64,000 nucleotides of DNA from Paraspadella gotoi (taxonomy: Eukaryota; Animalia; Chaetognatha), in the NCBI GenBank assembly GCA_051294375.1, contig CM119270.1, positions 4,968,152 through 5,032,151 of the forward strand, in the 5' to 3' direction. The translations under genes and the position numbers were made by a program. Below the pieces are notes generated by a model. That model saw only the letters and a list, made by a program, of their open reading frames with translations. It was not told where the DNA came from and did not search any database. Of the stretch, positions 54,890 to 64,000 are shown in pieces. How positions within the stretch are numbered: the stretch's first letter is position 1; each line of letters starts with the position of its first letter.

Positions 54890-55498
54890 TATTTTTATTT
54901 TATCGAGCGGCTCAAGGCTTAAAATCATAACATTCAATTTTATTTATATTATTTATTTATAAAATAAAAGGTATATGTAAAAGGCACAAATGTGGCTAAA
55001 TTTCATGACAACAACAAAATAATGTTTAATTTGTTCCAATCATGTGTAAAAATTTCATCTCACACGATAACTTCTGCAAAATCATTTTTCTTTTGATTTT
55101 TGCAATTTTGTGCGATTGACTGATTGTTCTGACTGATCAAACCAAACCGAGCCTTTAACTCTTCCTCGAACTCGCTCGGGGTATGCAGAGGTGAAAGAAC
55201 TTTTGAAAACGATATTCACAACCGTGAATCGATCCCAACTTGTTTTTTTTTTTTATTTCTCGACCACCCGATACGCGAAAACGCGGCACATTAACGTCGC
55301 CCAACATTTGGAGGCGACGCGAAATTTGACGGATCGAAAAAACTTCGAAGAGCGAAACTCATAAGTTTTCGCCCGAATTTTTTCTCTACTTTCATTCGGT
55401 AACCATGGCGACCAACCTCATCGTAAAACGCGGGAAGCTGGAGGGAAAGAGGGAGAGAGAGAGAGTCCCGCCGAAGAAGAACGTGCGTCTCTCTCTCT

Positions 55499-55531
<33 letters not shown>

Positions 55532-55543
55532 CTCTTCTCTCTT

Positions 55544-55582
<39 letters not shown>

Positions 55583-56357
55583 CACACACACATTTTTAAC
55601 TTTATGAAATATCATTTCAACATAATAGCAATACAATACAATGTTGAAAACCAGAAGTAGACGAAAGCTTTCGCGGAAAGTGGAAGTCGCATCAACCTGT
55701 GGTGGCTTCCAACGTGTTTTCCCGGAAAGTAAATTCGAAGAACACGTGACGGATAACAATTTATAGATTATCACCTCCAGAAAAGTCACGTTTTCGTCGT
55801 CGCTAAGAACTAGTAACTCAAACATTATTCGTACTGGCGACGAAAAATTTAGTAATAATTCCATTTGTCAGAAGTTTTTTTCATAAAGAGGAGACAGACC
55901 CGAAGATGTCTCAACTGACACCCTCGGATAATCATGAAAATGAACCCTGGTCCAGATGACAAGCGTCGTAAAAATCTTCTATTGTCATATGGCTTTCATA
56001 GCGAAACTAGAAACTTTTGCACATTTATTTATGCTAACCATGAGAACATTTCTTCCATGCGCTATCATTTTTTTCAAATATAAACTTTTTTACTATTTAA
56101 TCCAAATATCTAATTCTGAATATTTTTTTTCCTTTTCGAACCTCAATATTTTCCTCAATTCAAAACCTTTTTTTTTTTCTCTTTTAATTCTCTGCCAAAT
56201 TACTTTTCATTGATGTGAATCACATCACTTTCCCTTTAGGACCCGATGCCAACCAGGCCTTTTGCCATTTCTTGCCATTCCTTACCCTTCGTCTAACTTA
56301 CTTTTCTCTGGCCTGCGCGTCCGACGGCACCGTTGAGCCTTTTCCTTTGGAATACAT
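39767..56357 (-). CDS. Ssdp: Single-stranded DNA-binding protein Ssdp (SSBP2/3/4 family; LisH/LUFS domain), 463 aa, 10 exons
   Basis: Exons: 56357-56302 ([18 protein letters not shown]), 54795-54723 ([25 protein letters not shown]), 53509-53448 ([20 protein letters not shown]), 46069-45985 ([29 protein letters not shown]), 45125-45084 ([14 protein letters not shown]), 41887-41786, 41622-41542, 41380-40834, 40583-40363 and 39889-39767 ([28 protein letters not shown]). All junctions are GT-AG and in phase (1392 nt). Confidence 0.96.
49950..50080. promoter_or_regulatory. Promoter-like motif cluster inside Ssdp intron 3
   Basis: Perfect GTCACGTGAC E-box/CLEAR palindrome (49957-49966) and two CCAAT boxes on the minus strand (ATTGG at 49986 and 50027), within a CpG-rich patch. 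Confidence 0.45.
51050..52345. repeat. ~1.1-kb polypurine (GAA/GAG) low-complexity tract followed by (ATG)n
   Basis: Almost entirely A/G on the plus strand at 51100-52190; (ATG)n at 52272-52345. Confidence 0.95.
52771..52972. repeat. 22-23-bp minisatellite (GAGGCGCTTGTAAGGGGAGAAA)n, ~9 copies
   Basis: Visible tandem copies. Confidence 0.92.
53742..54308. mobile_element. Degenerate foldback/MITE-like inverted repeat in Ssdp intron 2
   Basis: Arms ~53745-53980 and ~54065-54305, e.g. TAAAGCGTAGT/ACTACGCTTTA, AAAAGTTGATA/TATCAACTTTT and TTTTTAAAAATTCTTTCATTAAGT/ACTTAATGAAAGAATTTTTAAAAA. Confidence 0.7.
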
Positions 56358-56484
56358 TGTGACGCGACTCTGTGATCCAAGTCGAAGTCGTCAGTTTTTC
56401 GGTCGAAAAGACGAAACTGGTTCGAGTCGGAATCGCGGAACTGGTTTTGACATTCGAGAAAACGAGTGCGGGGGTCAGAGAGAG

Positions 56485-56559
<75 letters not shown>

Positions 56560-59278
56560 CTCTTGTCTTGGCCCTGGAAGGTCGCTTCGGGGTTCGAGAA
56601 TGATTTAGGCGATTACTTGCGCGATGAATTAAGCGATGACTGGCGCGATGAATTAAGCGATGGCTGAGGCATTGAATTAAGCGATGGGCGGGGGGAAGCG
56701 AATTTCTCGCGATGCGATTTATGGATGTTTTCAGACGATAGGACCGTTAAATTTTTTTTTTTTTTAATTTCTTTTTTTTTTTTAATTTCGTATACGTCAA
56801 GAACTTCTTGTGTATGAATTGGGCTAAGAATTTCACAGGAACGGGATTATTTCACCCCTGCCTTTGGATAATACGCGATATTATTATTCAGTCATATAGT
56901 TTCGTCCTGAAAGAGATTGGATTTTCTGATGACTTTTGAGAAGATGTAAAAAAAAAAACAAACTCGGCAATCGGTCGAGTTTCATCGGGAAAAGCAATTG
57001 CGTCCGAACGCCTCACTTTCACGGAGAAAAAAAGCCACGCAATTTGCTTGGTTGTGATTGATAAATTCTGAGCGCGGCTTCATTTAAATAGATAACCTCG
57101 GATCGCTTCGTTTTACTTTCGCCAAGAAGCGATATATACTAGAGCGATCGCTTAGTTTTGTCGATAACGATGTAGGCCAAGATCGCTCGGTTTTGACTTG
57201 CAGCGATTCGAGCCCGTTGCTCTTTTGTTTCGACGCAAAGTCGAAAACGAGGCTGTTTTTCGTGATCTAAATAATGTTATTTATTATCGCTTTTGATATA
57301 TACAGTTTTTTTGTTGTTTCTTTCGCGTCAGGTAAGAAAGGAACAGAAAACAACAACTGATGAAAACCGCGAAGTTTGTTGTTTTGGGTGAAAAACAAAA
57401 TTGAAAATCTTTTTGGTGACCAGAATATTTTTTTCAGAATCGGGTCTACACTGAAACACGATGAAGTTCAGTCGACAACGAAAGAGAGAGAGAGAGAGCC
57501 AGCGGCGGCAGGGAAAACCAATCGGCGGCTGTGGAAAGCGACAGGGCCGACGCAGCATCGCTGGAGAAAGGAAGAGGAGGGATGGAGATAGAGAGGGAGA
57601 ATGGGAAACAGGGGAAAGAGGAAAGAGAGAAAGTCCCTCCGGATCTGCTGCGGCAGCTGCGGAAGATTCTCTCAGAAGCTGCTGCTGTTTTTGCTGCGGA
57701 GCGAGCCGCGCACCGATAAAGGAGCATCAGGGAAGGCGAGGAGGTTTGAGAGTCAACGCGGAGCAGCGGCAGCCGCTGGAAAAGCAGCAGCAGCCGGCAG
57801 CCGCCAGCAGGAATTATCATTCTCATATAGATGGAGGTTCGCTGCTTTCCTGCACTACCGGACAAGAAACCGTTTCTAAGAATTTATTTTTAAAAAATAT
57901 ATTAGTCAACTTAATATTTTATAATTTTAATGATTATATATTTTAACTCATAGATATTTTTAGTAATTTTTATATATATATTTTTATATTTTTTGGAAAT
58001 TAATTAATTAATTAATTAATTAAAAAACTTAATCTTTATAAAAATATATTATATTATTAGATTGAGTACTCATATTTTATAGTATTTTTATAGTTTATTA
58101 AAAACATTTTACCTATACTGTTTTGACTCTGGTAGTGCATGTTTGCCAGGGCTGTCGGCTCTTGGCACATACACTTTCTTATAGAAGTCTACGCTTTTTT
58201 AATGTTTAAGAAAAACTGTCAGTGGTACCCAACTTAGATTCTTCAATATATTCCAAACTAACCTTTGAAGTTTTTAATTCTTTTTGGCTATTTTTTCGTC
58301 AGACAAAACTCTTTCTTAACTAAAGTAGGAACAAAGCTTTATTTTCGATAAAAGCTCAAGAGGGGCAAATGGAGCGATGGTGCAAGAATATGGGGAGAAC
58401 TTGTGTGGGGGGGGGTGAGAGAGGAGAATCGAAGGGGAGAAGGTGAGGAGGGTGAGTTCGAAAGAACAAAACAGGATACGTGGTTGCACTTAGAAAATAA
58501 GGCTTTGTTCTCTCTTGATCGGTGGAGAAGAAAATATCGGGCGATACTTTTCAGTTTAATCGGAATATCAATCAGTTGTGGTTGCGTAGCATCTTAACAC
58601 TTTTTTTTTAGAAAGTTAAATTTTTGAATTTAATTATTTACACTTTTGCAATTCAATTTCGATCTTCACTATAACTTTTTCTTGTTGTTTTCTTTTAATT
58701 CTTATTTCCTGTATTTTTAATAAATCGGTATATTTTTTTTAAATTCCTATTGTCAAAAAATCGTTGTTTTTATTCGAATATTCCTTTTTCTCAAATTATT
58801 TAGAATACTCAATATTTATTATATTTCTAGTTAGGAGAATTATATAAGATATTTATTAGTCTCGCATGAGTTCAGACACTAAAATAAAGAAGAAACGGGA
58901 ACAAAATTGGTTTGTTTCCAGGGGAACAACTGTTTGTTTTCGATAAAAGCCGATAAAATGATTTATTAACTTTGGACAGATTCGATGGATGATGTTTGAG
59001 GAAGGGTTGAGCCTTTTGTTTTTTTTTAACCCTTCCTGACACGAGTGTCGTCGTCGTCGCCTTTCTACTCGCCGTCATCGTCTGTTTTGATGGATTCGCT
59101 CAATATGGTCATCCGTACTAGAAACAATTGCAAAGGTCAGAAAATTAGATGAATTTCGGCAGCTTTTTTAGAAATTATGTGACATTATCTACGAACTGTA
59201 AGTGTGAACACTTTATCCGGTTCTCTTAATACCCAGCCTTTGCCCGTCTGTGGAATCGTAAACAAAAGTCACTCGGTG

Positions 59279-59405
<127 letters not shown>

Positions 59406-60034
59406 CCGTGTGTGTCTCTCTGGCTTCCTCTTCGCTTCCCCGTGTTTTCCTGTTTCACTGTGTCACGAAAAACCATCGTACATCAAACCAGCATAAGAAA
59501 AAAATATCCTAATAAACGACGTGACGACAGATAAGCGGAATTAAATCAATTTTATTACTAAATTTCCCTCTTGTTCCCCTTAAATCTGGCGATAGAAAAA
59601 TCCCTTAATGTTAATGAGTCTGAAATCGAGGGACAAAGGAGGCTCGATGTTTTTCAGCCTCGCGTGTCGGTGCACGCAAACTCGCGTCTCACACTCGTCA
59701 GTTCCTCGAGTCGAAAAGCGGACAGTCGACGTGTCTCACTGAATGGTCAGCCTGACTGGTCAATGGTCATGCTCGTTTCCACGTTTCTTTTCCGACTTCG
59801 TAGATTCCAAAACTAAAAAATGGGAAAACTTGATAAACGAAAATGAAAAAAAAAAAAATCATCGAACAATAAAAATATAAAAACAATTTAAAAATAATTC
59901 AACTTGTTCACCGAAAAAAAACCAAATAAATAATAAAATAAGAATAAAATGGAAAAATAACAAACGCAAAAAAAAAAAAAAATAAATAAATAAAATAAAG
60001 AACGACAAACTCTCTCCCCTGACTCGTTTCGTTC

Positions 60035-63000
60035 ATGCTACATTCCACCGACTTTCAAAACAAAGTCTATACAATGTCGTCGTACGAGTCGTGGAACACG
60101 GACGATAGTACGGACAACGTGACAGTCACGACGGACAGCGTGACTGTATCGACGGACAGCCCCTTCGACAGTCGGGACGACAACTGGCTCATCGAAGAAC
60201 CTCTCAAAACATTTCGTCAGAAGATGCGAAGCAAGTGGAAGGAAAAGAAATTCCGACGCCGCTGCTCTTTTGTTCTCATCGGAATTTACTTGTTCCTCGA
60301 CGGACTAGAGGGCGGATTCGTTGTGCCGACCCTGTGGCTTTTGTTCGAAAACAAATTCGGTCTTTCGAGCAACGGGTATTTCTTGGGGTAAGTTTTGTGA
60401 ATCGTCCTAATATTTGAATAGAAAAGTCGAAAGAAAAAAAAAATTAAAGAAAGAGTCGGTGTTTGAGAAAGACGCTATATTTATCCAAATCTCCGACTTC
60501 AATTACGTAGAAACAAGGAAAGTCCGGAAAAATTGGATAAATTAAACTTTTATTTCTACAAAGGCGTTTACTATCGATAGCAAAAAGACCTAATTTTCAC
60601 AGTTTAGGATACAAATAACGTTGTTATCAAATTATCAAGCAGATGCAGAAAATATAATAATTATGTTCGAAAGTTCAGTCGGTTATTTTTAATCAAAATA
60701 AAACACGTCGAATCTTCTTCTAATTTTCGCGTCTCGTGATTTTCCCGCTTATCTGACGTGATGCATTACAAATCAATTAAAAAAAAAATAAACCGTCACC
60801 CGGTTACCATATTGAGGGAAAAGTATAATTATTATGTTATTAAAAATTATTATTAATAAAAATAAAACATTCTTTGCGAAAACGTAAACCCGACGAGTCT
60901 GCGCCGATTTTCACGTATTGTGATAGATCAGTTTCTGGTTTGCCCCGCCAATTAGCGACGTGACTTTGATCCGCTTCGGACAGCGTCTTCAGAGTTTGCC
61001 CGCTCAGTTGTGTCATTCCCTCGTGCCGCATCGTAACTTCCCATTCTCTCCCCTCGCCCTCTTTTCAGCCTGACCGTCTCCTCCTTCTGCGCTGCCTCCC
61101 TCGTCTGCAGTCCGCTCTTCGGAAAACTCTCCGATCGATTTCAAAGCGCGAAGCCGTTGTTGTTGTCCAGCTGCGTCATCCGCATCTTTGGCAACGCCCT
61201 CTATTGCGCCAGTCAAAACAAATGGTAAGGACGGGTTTTTTTTTAATCGTTGAACACTCGCTGAAGCTCAATGTGATTTATCATGTAACGCCTTCATCTT
61301 CACATCGCAAGGTTAATATAATAAAAGGGCGACGATGTGAATGAATGAATGAATGAATGAATGAATGAATGAATTTATAAATTTATCAATTTATCAATTT
61401 ATCAATTTATAAATTTATAAATTTATAAATTTATAAATTTATCAATTTATCAATTTATCAATTTATCAATTTATCAATTTATCAATCAATAATTTATTAA
61501 TCAATTTATAAACCAATCAATCCATTTATCAATCGATCAATTAATAAACTAATAGCCTGATGAATTTCTCTTCCTCCTCCCAGGTACGTCTACTTCGGGC
61601 GAGTCCTCTCCGGAGTGGGCGCGGCCGTGACGCCGGCGCTGGTCGCCGACGTCGCTCGAGCTACGAGAATCGAAGAGAGAACGAAAATCATCAACGCCGT
61701 TTTCGTGTTGAGGTAAACGGAGAAGAGAGATAAAATTGAAACAATTAATAAACATTAACCATCTATTGATTTTATAAAATTGAAACAATTAATAAACATT
61801 AACCATCTATTGATATGATAAAATTGAAACAATTAATAAACATTAACCATTTAATCTATTGATTTTATAGATTCGATGAATCGAATCAAATGTTATCGAA
61901 AAATAAATAAAATCTATAACTTGAATTAATGCAAACAAGAGTTAAATCAAATCGATCACATGTAAATCAAAAAGATATTCAGAGTCATGATTTTGGCAGA
62001 AGATTTAGTAGTTAATAGTTTGATTTGGTCTTTACATGACATTAATATCAAAGAAATCAAATTATTTTTGGAGGTAACATGATATTTATTTTTATATAAG
62101 CAATGATCTTCAGATACTTCTGAAATGAAGGGAATTTGAGTACTGAATGGGATAGGGCTCTTAAGGTCACCTTTGAAAACAAAATAAAGAAATCATTTGG
62201 TTTAAGGTCATCTCAAGCCTATAGAATTCAAAGGCAGAGAAGAGAAGAAATGGCCAAAATTAGAAGAATGAATTTTCAGCCAAATGGAAGAGTAGAAACC
62301 CTACCTAAAACTGTTTTGTAAATTTTAAGTCTCATTTTGTTATGCACCTTTGAGGGAGATAGAAGTCTTTGAAGATCAGTGCTTATTTAAAAATAAATAT
62401 CATGTTACCTCCAGAAATAATTTGTTTTCTTTTATATTATTGGCATGTAAAGACCAAATCAAACTATTAACTTAGAAATGAAATCTACAATCAAAAAACC
62501 AAATCGAATAAAAAGAGAAAGCAATTTTAAATCAGACAAAATTAAAAACGTTAATCAATCGATAAATCATTCAATATAAAAAAAAAACAACTTAATGACA
62601 ACCAATCTCAATCTTTATTCCTCCCTTCCCCGACCCACCTAAACTCACCTCCCCGCCCACCCCACCCCCAAATCCCACCCTGACCCCACCCCCTCTTTTT
62701 TTAAAAAAAAAACAGAAACGTGGGCAACGTGGATCGGCTACGTCGTCGTTCCCGCCTTCAACTACTTCAACTTTCGAATCGGCGCCGTCGTCGTCGACCG
62801 CCTCACCGGCCTCGGGATTCGTCGCCGCTCTTCTCTTTCTCGCTCAACTCTGCCTGGCGGCGCCGCTTTACTTCGATCTGTCTTCGACGGCGCCGGTGGA
62901 GGAGGAAGAGGAGCGCCGCGGGGACGGTGCTGCGGCGGCGGCGGGAGCGGAGGCGGGAGCGGGATGGCGGCTGCGGCGTCGGGGTTCGAGACGGCGTGTG

Positions 63001-63497
63001 TTGTTGAGAAGGCGAAGGCGAACTTCCTCGCTTCTTTGAAGTCGACCTTTGCGGCGTTCAAAAAGAACGTCATCAGGTGAGGAGAGAGAGATGAGAGAAG
63101 AGAGAGAGAGAGAGAGAGAGAAGAGACAGCAGACAGAGACAGAGACAGAGACCAAAGACAAAGTCATTAACCTAAGTATAAATTAGTTTCTTTTAAAATT
63201 AATCCATAATTTCGAATAAACATTCTTTTTGTTTATCATTTTAATAATAAAGGATCTTAACATATATTGATATAAAAACTTGCTGAAAATGAAATCCACG
63301 AACCTACTCCTCCAGGGAGCCCCTCCTCATCGCCTTCTCCGCGGCCTTCTCCTCCATGTTCTCCCTGGGCGCGGTGGAGACGGCCGTCTTCCCTCTTCTC
63401 GAAGAGGCCTTCGGCTGGAACGTCTTCAATCACGCTTGGGTCTTTTTCGGCGCTCTGCTGGTCGGGGTCGCCGCCCTCGTCGCTATTTTTAGAATAG
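60035..63497 (+). CDS. Major facilitator superfamily transporter, MFSD8-like; exons 1-5, 3' end beyond the window
   Basis: Exons: 60035(or 60074)-60387 (..FVLIGIYLFLDGLEGGFVVPTLW..), 61069-61224 (..SPLFGKLSDRFQSAKP.., MFS motif A), 61584-61712 (YFGRVLSGVGAA..DVARATRIEERTK), 62716-63076 (contains 1-nt indels, probably sequencing errors) and 63316-63497 (EPLLIAFSAAFSSMF..ETAVFPLLEEAFGW). Confidence 0.85.
61340..61865. repeat. (ATGA)n and (AATTTATC)n microsatellites plus a ~46-bp unit repeated 3 times, in MFS introns
   Basis: Visible at 61340-61545 and 61730-61865. Confidence 0.85.
62009..62472. mobile_element. MITE with ~110-bp terminal inverted repeats in MFS intron 3
   Basis: AGTTAATAGTTTGATTTGGTCTTTACATG...GGAGGTAACATGATATTTATTTTT (62010-62093) matches AAAAATAAATATCATGTTACCTCC...CATGTAAAGACCAAATCAAACTATTAACT (62389-62472) in reverse complement. 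Confidence 0.85.
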
Positions 63498-64000
63498 GTA
63501 ATTGGAAATTAGTTTTATTTTGATAGAAATGATTTAGTGGATTTATTGGCGAGATTCGCTAAATGAAATTGGTACAACAAATACATAACTTTTCCATTTA
63601 TTCAATAAAGAAGCTAACTACCCCGTGTGTCCGTTCGCGAGTGACACCAAAAAAATCTTTACTATTCTTTAAATATTTAATAAACGTATTTCTTAAGTAT
63701 ATCATTAGTTGGAGAACTATTTGACGTTTTTTTTTTTTTTTTTGGTATAAGTTGCATTTCGTGTTTAATTCATTTACTATACTTTATTTAATCTAATACA
63801 ATAAAATTGTCACAAAAACACAATTTTAGGCGTTTTTTTGAATGAATTTTAAAAAATATTTTATATCATCAAAAATTCCTATTAATGGTCTTATCAATGG
63901 CGTATCTGAATTATCGTAATGTTGAGTAATTTTTGAGTAATGATTTTATATTTATTTTTAGTTGTAAATCTTAAGTTTTCTTTATACAATTCGTCCAATT

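Noticed and set aside
62716-63076. MFS gene as a pseudogene or programmed frameshift
   Set aside because: The 1-nt indels fall in G runs in an assembly that is indel-rich elsewhere, and the other exons are intact; sequencing error is more likely.

Overview
This is eukaryotic, intron-rich, AT-rich DNA loaded with microsatellites, from an invertebrate animal. The Ssdp exon [11 protein letters not shown] and the C-terminus [22 protein letters not shown] are arthropod-type. It is an error-prone draft scaffold with two 25-N gaps (14514-14538, 22167-22191). Four spliced genes can be reconstructed: (1) the 5' part of a PLP-dependent aromatic amino-acid decarboxylase of tyrosine decarboxylase type (minus strand, ATG 17984), with two of its exons duplicated 9.6 kb away; (2) a 4-exon, 595-aa zf-MYND protein with an uncharacterised C-terminal domain (plus strand, 32311-36478), present again as a frameshifted mirror copy because 22192-37752 is a ~15.5 kb inverted duplication; (3) a complete 10-exon Ssdp/SSBP2-4 gene (minus strand, 56357-39767); (4) the first five exons of an MFSD8-like MFS transporter (plus strand, from 60035). 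The most interesting non-coding signals are a structured ~140-nt repeat that lies in sense orientation in intron 1 of two unrelated genes, and a ~325-bp Penelope/retrozyme-like repeat whose copy number differs between the palindrome arms. Most ORFs in the supplied track are spurious low-complexity translations.
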